This document shows positions 33,567 through 43,333 of a DNA stretch of 55,177 nt, piece by piece. The stretch is from Comamonadaceae bacterium. Lineage in GTDB: Bacteria > Pseudomonadota > Gammaproteobacteria > Burkholderiales > Burkholderiaceae_C. The notes below the pieces were generated by a model that saw nothing but the letters and a program-made list of their open reading frames with translations, was not told the DNA's origin and did no database searches. A program made the translations under genes and the position numbers. How positions within the stretch are numbered: position 1 is the first letter of the stretch; each line of letters starts with the position of its first letter. The stretch is from the NCBI GenBank assembly GCA_037133835.1, contig JBAXNI010000001.1, forward strand, positions 1-55,177. Direction: 5' to 3'.

Positions 33567-34793
33567 TCATCCATTGGAAAGTCGCTTGATGAAGTCACCG
33601 GCCGCCTCACGCGACCGAGCATCGATGGCCAAGAGTTCCTCAAGTGACCCGGGCTTTTCAGTCGCCACCGATTCAAGCGTCTCAAGATTGACCACATGGA
33701 TTTGATCAAAGCGGATCTGTCCATTCAGAAAGGCTGCTACGCCAACTTCATTGGCGGCGTTCAACACTGCCGTGGTGCCAGTTGGGGCTTTCAATGCTGA
33801 CCAAGCGAGCCTCAATCCAGGAAAGCGCTGCCCATGTTGGTTCGAGTCCAGTGACTCAAACGTCATCTTGGGCATGACACCAAAGTCAAGCGCCGCTGCT
33901 CCGGACTGTATACGATCGGGCCATGAGAGTCCGTAGGCGATCGGAACCTTCATATCAGGTGTGCCGAGCTGTGCAACCACAGAGTTATCCTTGTACTGCA
34001 CCATCGAATGGATAATGCTCTGCGGGTGAATCACTACTTCGATTTGCTCAGGCCTCACGTCAAACAGGAAACGCGCCTCGATGACCTCGAGCGCCTTGTT
34101 CATCATGGTGGCCGAATCAACAGAAATCTTGCGTCCCATCACCCAGTTGGGATGAGCACAAGCCTGCCGCGGTGTCACATCGCGCAGTGCCAAGGGGTCA
34201 AGCAGTCGAAACGGTCCTCCCGAGGCCGTCAGGATGATCTTGTCGACTTGACTCGGCCAGCAGAGGGAGTCATCCGGGAGGGACTGGAAGATCGCCGAAT
34301 GCTCGCTGTCTATCGGCAACAGTTTGGCTCCACCCTGTGCGACGGCCTGCATGAAGTAGTCGCCGCCCACAACCAATGCTTCTTTATTGGCAAGCAGCAG
34401 TCGCTTGCCCGCACGCGCTGCAGCCACGCAAGAGGCCAGGCCGGCCGCCCCCACGATCGCCGCCATCACGATATCGGTCAATTCGTGCTCTGCGATCATG
34501 GTGATGGCAGAGGCACCCCATAGAACCCGGGTTTGCAGGTTCAAACTGCGGCATTTTTGCTCCAGCTCGCGCCCGTGCGGCTCGCTGGCCATGACGGCAA
34601 ACACGGGCTTGAATTCAATACATTGCCGTAGCAACAAGTCAAGCCGCGTGGCCGCGCTCAGTGCAAAGACGTCGAACCGTTGCGGATGTCGCGCAATCAC
34701 ATCGAGTGTGTTGACTCCTATGGATCCCGTGGAACCCAAAATGGCAACACGCTTTCTGCACGTTTCTGGACGGTCAGTCATCGTTGCCGTCAT
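33567..34793 (-). CDS. dxr: 1-deoxy-D-xylulose-5-phosphate reductoisomerase
   Basis: LGSTGSIG, LANKE, PIDSEH, HPNWVMGRKISVDSATMMNK. Start 34793 (ATGA overlap) or 34781. Confidence 0.97.
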   Translation of the reverse strand: MTATMTDRPETCRKRVAILGSTGSIGVNTLDVIARHPQRFDVFALSAATRLDLLLRQCIEFKPVFAVMASEPHGRELEQKCRSLNLQTRVLWGASAITMIAEHELTDIVMAAIVGAAGLASCVAAARAGKRLLLANKEALVVGGDYFMQAVAQGGAKLLPIDSEHSAIFQSLPDDSLCWPSQVDKIILTASGGPFRLLDPLALRDVTPRQACAHPNWVMGRKISVDSATMMNKALEVIEARFLFDVRPEQIEVVIHPQSIIHSMVQYKDNSVVAQLGTPDMKVPIAYGLSWPDRIQSGAAALDFGVMPKMTFESLDSNQHGQRFPGLRLAWSALKAPTGTTAVLNAANEVGVAAFLNGQIRFDQIHVVNLETLESVATEKPGSLEELLAIDARSREAAGDFIKRLSNG

Positions 34794-35635
34794 ACGGAGT
34801 AAAGCATCATCGACAGTGGCAAAGCAGGCAGTAAGGCATCGATGCGGTCAAGTACGCCGCCATGCCCTGGCAACAGACCGCTGCTGTCTTTCACACCGGC
34901 ACTACGCTTGACCAAGGACTCGAACAAGTCACCGAGCACACTCATCGCAGAGAGGAACAGGCTGCTCGCAAGCAAGGCCCAGGCACCATGTCGTCCAATG
35001 TGACTGAACATACTCGGTACCGCCGTGGCAAATACCCTGTCGGCCATCTGCCAGGCGAATGCCAAAATGATCACGCCGATCATGCCGCCCCAGACACCCT
35101 CCCAGCTCTTGCCTGGACTGATGCTGGGCGCCAACTTGCCACGACTAAACCGGCCGCCCCACGCACGCCCGGCAAAATAGGCAAAAATGTCCGCGACCCA
35201 TACCAGCAACAAGATCGACAGCAGAAAATTGACTCCTATGGATTTGGCTTGTGCGACGGCCAGCCATGCGAGCCACAAGGCCAGCAACCCGGCAAGCAGC
35301 CGGATGGGCCGTGAGTGACTTGCCCACGCGCCGACACCCCTATACAAGACCCAAGCGCCGGCCAGGGTCCAACACGCGCCGGCAGCGATCCACAGCAACG
35401 CCAGAGACTGCTCGAGCATGCCCATCAACCAACTGGCCATGCACAACACGAGACAGAATAGACCACTCAGAATCGAATGTGCATGACCATAGCCGTTCAG
35501 GCGCGCCCACTCCCAGGCAGCAACGCAAATCAACGCCATCGCAATCAACAAAAAGGGAAGCGCAGCCCGATAAAACAAAGCTGGCAGCAAGATGATCAGC
35601 ATCACAACTGCGGTGACAACACGTTGTTTGAGCAT
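34790..35635 (-). CDS. cdsA: Phosphatidate cytidylyltransferase
   Basis: MLKQR start, SPGKSWEG, GDLFES..KR..GVKDS..LLPGHGGVLDRID. Confidence 0.96.
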   Translation of the reverse strand: MLKQRVVTAVVMLIILLPALFYRAALPFLLIAMALICVAAWEWARLNGYGHAHSILSGLFCLVLCMASWLMGMLEQSLALLWIAAGACWTLAGAWVLYRGVGAWASHSRPIRLLAGLLALWLAWLAVAQAKSIGVNFLLSILLLVWVADIFAYFAGRAWGGRFSRGKLAPSISPGKSWEGVWGGMIGVIILAFAWQMADRVFATAVPSMFSHIGRHGAWALLASSLFLSAMSVLGDLFESLVKRSAGVKDSSGLLPGHGGVLDRIDALLPALPLSMMLYSV

Positions 35636-35644
35636 CTGTCTTCC

Positions 35645-36367
35645 TCAGTCAAGGGCAGACAGGTCAGCATTGGTCAACAACTGATCCGATGTCTTGCCGA
35701 ACCGTCTTTCGCGCCGTCCGAAGGACTGAATCGCCAAATCGAGTTCCGCCTCATCAAACTCCGGCCAAAGCCGTTCACTGAAGTACAGTTCAGAATAGGC
35801 TGACTGCCACAGCAGAAAATTGCTGATACGCAGTTCAGCCCCCGTGCGAATCACCAGGTCAGGATCCGCCACATGTGCCATGGCCATGGCGGCGTTCAGG
35901 GTCGCTTCATTCATTGCAAGGCCCTGTGCTTCAACCTTTTTGGCAGCTTGAACGATATCCCAGCGCCCGCCGTAATTGAAACAAATGTTCAGAATCAAGC
36001 GCGAATTGGAAGCGGTGGCACGCTCAGCACCTTCAATGCCAGCCACCAATCTCTCTGAAAGGCCAAGGCGCTCACCCACAAAATACATTCGGACACCATC
36101 GGCCTGTAGTCTCGGAACCTCTCTGGCCAATGCCATGGCAAACAGAGACATCAGACCCGAAACCTCCTCAATCGGCCGACTCCAGTTCTCGGATGAAAAC
36201 GCAAAGACAGTCAGCACGCCAACGCCGCGCTGCGCGCAGGCCTTGACACATCGACGCAATGACACCACTCCCTGCTTGTGTCCAGCAACACGGGGCAGAC
36301 ACCGCTTGGCAGCCCAACGCCCATTGCCATCCATGACAACGGCGATGTGGTGTGGTACCTGGTTCAT
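35645..36367 (-). CDS. uppS: Undecaprenyl/polyprenyl diphosphate synthase
   Basis: HIAVVMDGNGRWA, FAFSSENW.RP, NYGGR, RISNFLLWQ. Alternative TTG start at 36385. Confidence 0.96.
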   Translation of the reverse strand: MNQVPHHIAVVMDGNGRWAAKRCLPRVAGHKQGVVSLRRCVKACAQRGVGVLTVFAFSSENWSRPIEEVSGLMSLFAMALAREVPRLQADGVRMYFVGERLGLSERLVAGIEGAERATASNSRLILNICFNYGGRWDIVQAAKKVEAQGLAMNEATLNAAMAMAHVADPDLVIRTGAELRISNFLLWQSAYSELYFSERLWPEFDEAELDLAIQSFGRRERRFGKTSDQLLTNADLSALD

Positions 36368-36381
36368 GGTTGCAGCGGCAT

Positions 36382-36942
36382 TCAAACCGCCATGATGTCC
36401 TGCTCTTTGGCTGCGACAAGCCTGTCGATTTCAATGATGTGACGGTCTGTCACCTTCTGGATTTCCGTCTCGGAGCGCTTTTGATCGTCCTCAGAGGCAA
36501 GTTTGTCCTTAACCGTCTTCTTGACAGCTTCATTTGCATCGCGCCGCAGGTTGCGCACCGCGATCTTGGCTGTTTCCCCCTCGTGCCTGACGACCTTGGT
36601 GAGTTCCTTGCGACGTTCTTCCGACATTGCAGGCATCGGGACACGCAGCAAATCACCCATAGACGAGGGATTCAGACCCAGATCACTGTCTCGAATCGCT
36701 TTCTCTATCTTTGGCCCCATTCCTTTTTCCCAAGGTTGGACGCTGATGGTACGAGCATCCAGCAAGGACACGTTGGCCACTTGGCTGATCGGCAGCATGG
36801 CCCCGTAATAGTCGACGTGAACTGAATCAAGCAGCGCCGGGTTGGCTCGTCCTGTACGGATCTTGCTGAGATTGTTCTTGAAGGCACTGATGGATTGGTC
36901 CATCTTCACTTCTGCCGCTTTTCTGATCTCGGTAATAGGCAC
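36382..36942 (-). CDS. frr: Ribosome recycling factor
   Basis: [29 protein letters not shown]. Confidence 0.97.
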   Translation of the reverse strand: MPITEIRKAAEVKMDQSISAFKNNLSKIRTGRANPALLDSVHVDYYGAMLPISQVANVSLLDARTISVQPWEKGMGPKIEKAIRDSDLGLNPSSMGDLLRVPMPAMSEERRKELTKVVRHEGETAKIAVRNLRRDANEAVKKTVKDKLASEDDQKRSETEIQKVTDRHIIEIDRLVAAKEQDIMAV

Positions 36943-37002
36943 TTTTTTCTCCTTAGTCGACCTTTCGCCTAACGCTATTTCCTTGTCCCGATTTTGACAC
37001 AG

Positions 37003-37725
37003 TCAGACATAAACCAGCGTACCTTCATCCTGCCCCATCACCACGCGCTTGAGAGCTCCATGCTTGAATATGGAGAAAACCTTGACCGGCAACTTCTGGT
37101 CTCTACACAAAGCGAACGCCGTGGCATCCATGATGCCAAGATTGCGGGACATCGCCTCATCAAAAGTGATCTTGCTGTAACGCGTGGCCTGCGCGTCCTT
37201 CTTCGGGTCTGCTGTGTAAACGCCATCAACCTTGGTGGCCTTGAGCACGATCTCGGCGCCTATTTCGGCACCTCTCAATGCAGCCGCGGTGTCAGTCGTG
37301 AAAAATGGATTGCCGGTGCCGGCGGCGAAAATCACCACCTTACCTTCTTCGAGGTACTGCAATGCCTTCGGCCTGACATAGGGCTCCACCACCTGCTCAA
37401 TCGCGATAGCAGACATCACGCGAGCCGTCAATCCTGCCTTGTTCATCGTATCGCCCAGAGCCAGGGAGTTCATCACCGTAGCCAGCATACCCATGTAATC
37501 GGCCGTCGCCCGGTCCATGCCAACGGACCCACCGGCAACACCCCGAAAAATATTGCCCCCACCGATGACAACAGCAACCTCGACGCCGAGGCGCGTCACC
37601 TCCGCCACTTCCTTGACAATTCGAACGATAGTATTGCGATTGATGCCGAACTGATCATCCCCCATCAATGCCTCGCCAGACAGCTTGAGCAGAATGCGCT
37701 TGTAGGCTGGTTTGGTGATCGGCAT
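37003..37725 (-). CDS. pyrH: UMP kinase
   Basis: [29 protein letters not shown]. Confidence 0.98.
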   Translation of the reverse strand: MPITKPAYKRILLKLSGEALMGDDQFGINRNTIVRIVKEVAEVTRLGVEVAVVIGGGNIFRGVAGGSVGMDRATADYMGMLATVMNSLALGDTMNKAGLTARVMSAIAIEQVVEPYVRPKALQYLEEGKVVIFAAGTGNPFFTTDTAAALRGAEIGAEIVLKATKVDGVYTADPKKDAQATRYSKITFDEAMSRNLGIMDATAFALCRDQKLPVKVFSIFKHGALKRVVMGQDEGTLVYV

Positions 37726-37779
37726 AAAGATCCTTAGTAAGACATCAATCGAGAACCCGTTGCTAACTGCTCCAACAGA

Positions 37780-38703
37780 TCAGCCTGCTTGCTTGGCGGC
37801 AGCCACCTGTGCCGCCACCTCAGCTGCAAAGTCGTCCACCCTCTTTGCAATACCTTCACCAACAACATACAAGGTGAAACTCGTCACCATGGTGTCCGCG
37901 GACTTGAGCATCTGTTCGACCGTAAGTTTATCGTTCTTGACGAAGGATTGATTGAACAGCGAAACCTCGCGCAGGAACTTCTGCACGCTGCCATCGATGC
38001 GTTTGTTCACGATCTCGGCAGACTGGACCGGCTTGCCCGCAGCGGTCGCAACGGCAGCATCCTCGGCCGCCTTCGCGGCTGCTACTGAACGCTCCTTCGC
38101 AACCAGTTCAGCAGGTACGTCAGCGCTGGATAGTGCCACAGGTTTCATGGCCGCAACGTGCATTGCCACATCCCTGGCAGCCACTTCACTGCCTGTGTAT
38201 TCGACAACGACGCCAATACGTGTGCCGTGCAAATAGGAAGTCAATTTCTGCCCTGTGCCGAAACGCTTGAAGCGGCGAAAGCTCATGTTCTCGCCAATCT
38301 TGCCGATCAGGCCTTTGCGCACGTCTTCGAGAGTTGGTCCGAAACCATCTTGCGCATAGGGCAGTGCACCCAACGCATCGAGATCTGTCGGATTGTTTCT
38401 AGCAATCAGCATTGCAGCTGCGTTTGCCAATGCCAGAAAACTGTCGTTCTTGGTAACAAAGTCCGTTTCACAGTTCACCTCAAGCAGTGAACCGATCGAG
38501 CCTTCGATGAAACTTGCAACGACACCTTCGGCGGTAATTCGTCCTGCGGCCTTGCCGGCCTTGCTGCCAAGTTTCACACGCAGCAACTCTTCTGCCTTCG
38601 CCATATCTCCCTGTGCTTCGGTCAGCGCGCGTTTGCACTCCATCATTGGTGCGTCAGTCTTGCCACGCAGTTCAGCCACCATGCTTGCGGTAATTGCAGC
38701 CAT
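37780..38703 (-). CDS. tsf: Translation elongation factor Ts
   Basis: [35 protein letters not shown]. Alternative start at 38706. Confidence 0.98.
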   Translation of the reverse strand: MAAITASMVAELRGKTDAPMMECKRALTEAQGDMAKAEELLRVKLGSKAGKAAGRITAEGVVASFIEGSIGSLLEVNCETDFVTKNDSFLALANAAAMLIARNNPTDLDALGALPYAQDGFGPTLEDVRKGLIGKIGENMSFRRFKRFGTGQKLTSYLHGTRIGVVVEYTGSEVAARDVAMHVAAMKPVALSSADVPAELVAKERSVAAAKAAEDAAVATAAGKPVQSAEIVNKRIDGSVQKFLREVSLFNQSFVKNDKLTVEQMLKSADTMVTSFTLYVVGEGIAKRVDDFAAEVAAQVAAAKQAG

Positions 38704-38744
38704 CATGATTCTCCGTACTCAATTCAATAAATTAAAAAATGACC

Positions 38745-38767
38745 AAAAAAAGGGGCACGAAAGCCCC
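38745..38767 (-). terminator. Intrinsic terminator/attenuator between rpsB and tsf
   Basis: Minus strand GGGGC-TTTCGT-GCCCC followed by T7. Confidence 0.8.
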
Positions 38768-38788
38768 CATTTTCGGGGCTGGGACGAC

Positions 38789-39541
38789 TCAGACCGAAGA
38801 TTCATCCACTTCAACAAACTCATCGGCGGTTTCAGCAGCGATGGCCTTGACAACATCGTCAACCATATTGGTGCGTCCTTCGATGATCGCATCGGCAATG
38901 CCCCGCGCATATAAAACGACCGCCTTGGATGAATCGTCATTACCAGGGATCACATAGTCAATGCCTTCAGGCGAGTGATTTGTGTCAACAACCGCAATCA
39001 AGGGGATGCCGAGTTTCTTGGCCTCTGCGATGGCGATCTTGTGAAAACCGACATCAATCACAAAAATCGCGTCTGGCAAAACCGTCATGTCCTGGATGCC
39101 ACCAATGTCGCGTTCCAATTTGGCAAGCTCGCGAGCAAACATCAACTGCTCCTTCTTACTCAAACTGTCAAGGCCTGCTTCCTGCTGAACTTTCATGTCC
39201 TTCAGACGCTTGATGGACGTCTTGACAGTCTTGAAATTGGTCAACATGCCGCCCAGCCAGCGTTGGTCAACGTAGGGAACGCCAGCCCGCTTGGCCTCTT
39301 CCGCCACGGTTTCACGGGCCTGGCGCTTTGTGCCCACCATCAGCACCGTGCCACGCTTCGCAGAAATCTGGCGTACAAACTTGGACGCCTCCTGATACAT
39401 GGGCAGCGACTTTTCCAGATTGATAATGTGAATTTTGTTGCGATGGCCGAAGATAAAGGGGGCCATCTTGGGATTCCAGAAACGGGTCTGGTGACCAAAA
39501 TGGACCCCCGCTTCCAGCATTTCACGCATGGTTACTGACAT
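38789..39541 (-). CDS. rpsB: 30S ribosomal protein S2
   Basis: [34 protein letters not shown]. Confidence 0.98.
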   Translation of the reverse strand: MSVTMREMLEAGVHFGHQTRFWNPKMAPFIFGHRNKIHIINLEKSLPMYQEASKFVRQISAKRGTVLMVGTKRQARETVAEEAKRAGVPYVDQRWLGGMLTNFKTVKTSIKRLKDMKVQQEAGLDSLSKKEQLMFARELAKLERDIGGIQDMTVLPDAIFVIDVGFHKIAIAEAKKLGIPLIAVVDTNHSPEGIDYVIPGNDDSSKAVVLYARGIADAIIEGRTNMVDDVVKAIAAETADEFVEVDESSV

Positions 39542-39680
39542 ATTCAACTCCAAAGGTTAGGTCTAAAATCCAGTTTGTTTTGCAATCGTGAAGACCAACC
39601 GGTCTTCATTCAATGCAACACCTTGATTAAACTGGTTTGCTTATTTGTTCACGAAGCAGGCAGTTGCCCCTCAGCAGAAC
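39542..39680 (-). ncRNA. rpsB 5' leader (t44/S2 autoregulatory leader-like); boundaries approximate
   Basis: Nested stems CCAGTTT/AAACTGG (39570-39576/39629-39635), TTGCA/TGCAA and TGAAGACC/GGTCTTCA (39589-39608) with a GGUGU internal segment; sits directly 5' of rpsB. Confidence 0.65.
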
Positions 39681-39686
39681 CCAAGG

Positions 39687-39697
39687 ACTATAGCACA
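39687..39697 (-). promoter_or_regulatory. Extended -10 promoter of rpsB-tsf
   Basis: TGTGCTATAGT on the minus strand, similar to the TGTG-extended -10 known for the gammaproteobacterial rpsB promoter. Confidence 0.65.
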
Positions 39698-39712
39698 GAC
39701 CGTCCTCATCTC

Positions 39713-41044
39713 ATGTTGCCAGACCTACACACTACCTTGCGAAAACTGCACAGCGGCGAGACGCATCCCGCTGTTGAAATTGAACAATCCATTGCCGCAG
39801 CCGAGTCCGGGTCCTGCAGGCATGTGTTTCTCAGTACCGGATTTGATGCGGCACGGCTGGTGGCGAAGACCCCCGGCATAGTTCACAGGCCACTGGCCGG
39901 CCTTGCGGTCTCGGTTAAAGACCTGTTCGACGTGGCAGGCCAGACAACCTGCGCTGGATCGGTGGTCCTGCAAGATGGATTGCCTGCACGGCAAGACAGC
40001 ATCGCCGTCGCGCGTCTGCGACGCGCCGGCGCCGCTTTCGTGGGTCGAACCAATATGTCGGAATTTGCATTTTCCGGCGTTGGCATCAATCCGCACTTTG
40101 GCACACCAACAAATCCGTGCGCGGGTGACGTGCCACGCATTCCCGGCGGATCGTCTTCCGGTGCAGCGGTATCTGTTGCAACCGGCGCGGCCTTCATTGG
40201 TTTGGGATCCGACACCGGCGGCTCCATACGGATTCCAGCAGCACTGACTGGCACCGTCGGATTCAAGGCCACTGCCAGCCTGGTTCCGGCAGAAGGGGTT
40301 CTGCCGCTCTCTACCACGCTTGACACCGTCTGTGCTCTGACCCGCTCGGTTCCGGACGCCATGCTGGTCCATCAGGTTCTGGCGCAGCGACGGGTGGTGC
40401 GCAGCCCGGCGCCACTGTCAACATATCGCCTGGCTGTCGCCAGCACCATCATGCTTGACGGGCTCGACTCGACAGTGGCTCAGGCCTGGAGCCGGACCCT
40501 GGACACGCTGCGCAGCGCTGGCGCCTGCATTGAGGATGTAGCACTGTCGGAAATCAATGAATTGCGGCAGATTCAGGCTAACGGCGGCTTTTCTGCAGCA
40601 GAGAGTTACGCCTGGCACCACCAACTTCTTGCCGACAAGAGATCCTCCTACGACCCCCGTGTTGCTACCCGTATCGATGCAGGCGCAGGCATGAGCGCGC
40701 GCGACTACATTGCTTTGCATCTCGCGCGTCGCAACTGGATCGACAAGATGGCCAGGGGAATGCAAGGGTTTGACGCCTTTCTCTCACCCACTGTTCCTCT
40801 GGTTGCGCCTGTGATCGCGGATCTGGCTCCCGGCGTCGAACACGATGAAGCCTTCTTTCGCATCAATGCTTTGCTGCTGAGAAACACCAGTGTTGTCAAT
40901 ATGCTTGATGGCTGCGCAATTTCCATACCCTGTCACGCTGGCGGCGAATTACCGGTCGGCCTGATGGTTTGGGCCGGGGCACTGCAAGACGATCCGGTAC
41001 TCAATATTGCGCTAGAAATTGAAAACCTGCTGCGGTTGGCATGA
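39713..41044 (+). CDS. Amidase-signature family amidase
   Basis: Lys-cisSer-Ser triad motifs SVKDLFD, PGGSSSG, GSDTGGSIRIPA. Confidence 0.9.
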   Translation: MLPDLHTTLRKLHSGETHPAVEIEQSIAAAESGSCRHVFLSTGFDAARLVAKTPGIVHRPLAGLAVSVKDLFDVAGQTTCAGSVVLQDGLPARQDSIAVARLRRAGAAFVGRTNMSEFAFSGVGINPHFGTPTNPCAGDVPRIPGGSSSGAAVSVATGAAFIGLGSDTGGSIRIPAALTGTVGFKATASLVPAEGVLPLSTTLDTVCALTRSVPDAMLVHQVLAQRRVVRSPAPLSTYRLAVASTIMLDGLDSTVAQAWSRTLDTLRSAGACIEDVALSEINELRQIQANGGFSAAESYAWHHQLLADKRSSYDPRVATRIDAGAGMSARDYIALHLARRNWIDKMARGMQGFDAFLSPTVPLVAPVIADLAPGVEHDEAFFRINALLLRNTSVVNMLDGCAISIPCHAGGELPVGLMVWAGALQDDPVLNIALEIENLLRLA

Positions 41045-41087
41045 CTTCCATGGTTCTTAGTCCTGCCAGCCTTGAACAGAGGAACTC

Positions 41088-42344
41088 ATGAGGATTGCAG
41101 TTGTTGGCGCAGGCATTATTGGCGTGACTACCGCTTACGAGCTGGCCCTCGACGGACATCAAGTCCACGTGCTCGAGCGTCGTAGCGCGACGGCGGAAGA
41201 AGCCAGTTTCGCCAACGCCGGGCTGGTGGCACCTGGATACCTGACACCATGGGACGGGCCCGGCATGCCGGGAAAGGCCTTTGGGCATTTGCTGAATCGA
41301 TACACACGGTTGAATATCGGTCTGCCACTATCGGGCCACGATCTGATCTGGATGTGGAAGTTCTATCGCGCCTGCAAGTCAGAAACTTATCTGGCACATC
41401 GTTCACAGCTACAGCGGCTCGCAGCCTTCAGTATGGAGCGGCTGCACCACATCACGTCCGAGTTGAAATTGAACTATGAACGCAGCGCCGGCTGCATGGT
41501 GCTGCTGCGATCGCCAAGGGACGTCAAGATGATGAAGCAAGGCCTGCAGGGGCTGCGTGATGCGGGCGTTACATTCCAGGAGCTCAACCCGGCGGACGCG
41601 CGAAAGATCGAGCCCGCCTTGAATCCTGATCTGGTGTTTCATGGCGCCCTCCATTTGCCCGAAGATGAAGTCGCAAACTGCCGTCAATTCGCCCTGCTGT
41701 TGAAGAACGAAGCACAACGTCGCCATGTTGAATTCGCTTTCAACACTACTGTGACCGACGTCAAGAGCAGCAACAACACAGTGTCGCTTGGCATCGCCGG
41801 TGAGAACACGCCACGCTCGTTTGATGCGGCCGTGATCTGCGCGGGTGTCGATTCCGTCGGGCTGTTAAAGCATCTGGGTTTGAAGGTTCCCTTGACAGCT
41901 ATCCACGGCTACTCGATCAGTGCCGCGATTCGAGAGCCAATCAACTCGCCGGTCAGTGCTATCGTGGACGAGCACTACCAAGTAACAATTTCACGTATTG
42001 GCAACCGTGTGAGAGTGGCAGGCGGCGCAGAACTTGGTGGTTCCACCGAAATGAAAAGACTTGGTTCACTTCAAGCGCTGTACAAGGTTTTGCATGACTG
42101 TTTCCCGGGTTGTGCCAATCTCTCAAGCGGCGTGCAGGAATGGAAGGGTGCACGACCCATGTTGCCCAGCGGCAAGCCCATAATCGGCGCCAGTGGCATC
42201 GCTGGAGTCTGGTTCAATCTGGGCCATGGCTCCAATGGATGGGCATTGAGTTGCGGCTCTGCGAAAATCCTGTCGGATCTGATTGGCGGCAAAAAGCCTG
42301 ATCTGGATGCGGCTGATTTCGTCGCCAGTCGACTGCGCGCATAA
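41088..42344 (+). CDS. D-amino acid dehydrogenase (DadA-like FAD oxidoreductase)
   Basis: VVGAGIIG FAD motif, SFANAG, GYSIS, W.GARPM, NLGHGSNGW; substrate unknown. Confidence 0.85.
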   Translation: MRIAVVGAGIIGVTTAYELALDGHQVHVLERRSATAEEASFANAGLVAPGYLTPWDGPGMPGKAFGHLLNRYTRLNIGLPLSGHDLIWMWKFYRACKSETYLAHRSQLQRLAAFSMERLHHITSELKLNYERSAGCMVLLRSPRDVKMMKQGLQGLRDAGVTFQELNPADARKIEPALNPDLVFHGALHLPEDEVANCRQFALLLKNEAQRRHVEFAFNTTVTDVKSSNNTVSLGIAGENTPRSFDAAVICAGVDSVGLLKHLGLKVPLTAIHGYSISAAIREPINSPVSAIVDEHYQVTISRIGNRVRVAGGAELGGSTEMKRLGSLQALYKVLHDCFPGCANLSSGVQEWKGARPMLPSGKPIIGASGIAGVWFNLGHGSNGWALSCGSAKILSDLIGGKKPDLDAADFVASRLRA

Positions 42345-42445
42345 TCTCGGCAAGGTTCACCAACTTGCCCATGAAAGACGAACATCGCCGTTTGAAGTGG
42401 CCCTATTGAGATTCCCCAATATATTCATAATTTTCAGGACAAGCT

Positions 42446-43333
42446 ATGAAGGTTAAATTTTGGGGAGTGCGCGGTTCCATTGCCTCACCCGGACCTGCTA
42501 CGGCGTATTACGGCGGCAACACGACGTGTATCGAAGTGCGCACCGATAACAACGAACTTATCATTATTGACGCAGGGACCGGAATTTTTCCACTTTCCCA
42601 AACCCTGCTCGCCGAAATGCCATTGACAGCCAATGTGCTGATTTCCCATACGCACTGGGACCACATTCAGGGCTTGCCATTTTTCGCGCCCAACTTTATA
42701 CCCGGTAACTCGTTACGGCTGCACGGCGCATTTGATCCAGTTGCTGGCAAAGGCGTGGAACAGGTAATGTCAGTGCAATTGCAGTACAGCTATTTCCCGG
42801 TCCGCGAAGAAGAGATGAAGGCACGCATTGAATATGTGACGCTGAAGCCGGAGACAAGTATTCGGATTGGCTCAGCAACTATCACGCCCTATTTGATGAA
42901 TCACCCAGTCATCAACTTCGGATACCGGATTGACGCCGACGGGAAATCAATTTTCTTTACCGGCGATCACGAACCGCCGCAGAATATCTATGAACCAACC
43001 GACAAGGCGTACGCAGAGTATCAGGTCGTGGTTGACATGAAGAACAGGGAAATTCTGGCAGCCATGCACGGAGTTGATGTGCTGATTGCAGATTGTTCCT
43101 ACACGGAAGACGAATACCCTGCCAAAAAGGGCTGGGGCCACGGTACTTTCAATTCCAGCATTGAGTACGCGTGCAATGCCGGCGCTAAGGTACTATTCTG
43201 CACTCACCATGAGCCCACTCGGAGCGACGCAGCACTGGATGCAGTTTTCAACGCGGTTCTGGCAAAGCACCCAGCGCACGCGGGCAGTCCAGAGTACCGA
43301 CTGGCACGCGAGGGTGAAACTTACGAATTTTGA
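42446..43333 (+). CDS. MBL-fold metallo-hydrolase (RNase Z/phosphodiesterase-like)
   Basis: FWGVRGSI, YGGNTTC, DAGTG, SHTHWDHIQG (HxHxDH), TGDHE, GWGH, HHEP. Confidence 0.9.
   Translation: MKVKFWGVRGSIASPGPATAYYGGNTTCIEVRTDNNELIIIDAGTGIFPLSQTLLAEMPLTANVLISHTHWDHIQGLPFFAPNFIPGNSLRLHGAFDPVAGKGVEQVMSVQLQYSYFPVREEEMKARIEYVTLKPETSIRIGSATITPYLMNHPVINFGYRIDADGKSIFFTGDHEPPQNIYEPTDKAYAEYQVVVDMKNREILAAMHGVDVLIADCSYTEDEYPAKKGWGHGTFNSSIEYACNAGAKVLFCTHHEPTRSDAALDAVFNAVLAKHPAHAGSPEYRLAREGETYEF

Noticed and set aside
42334-42361. TGCGCGCATAA resembles a XerC arm
   Set aside because: The partner arm (CAAGGTTCACC) does not match XerD; it is just the end of the DadA-like gene.
42391-42420. TTTGAA-N17-CCCCAA as a sigma32 promoter for the MBL-fold gene
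   Set aside because: Spacer is longer than the usual 13-14 bp and there is no supporting context.
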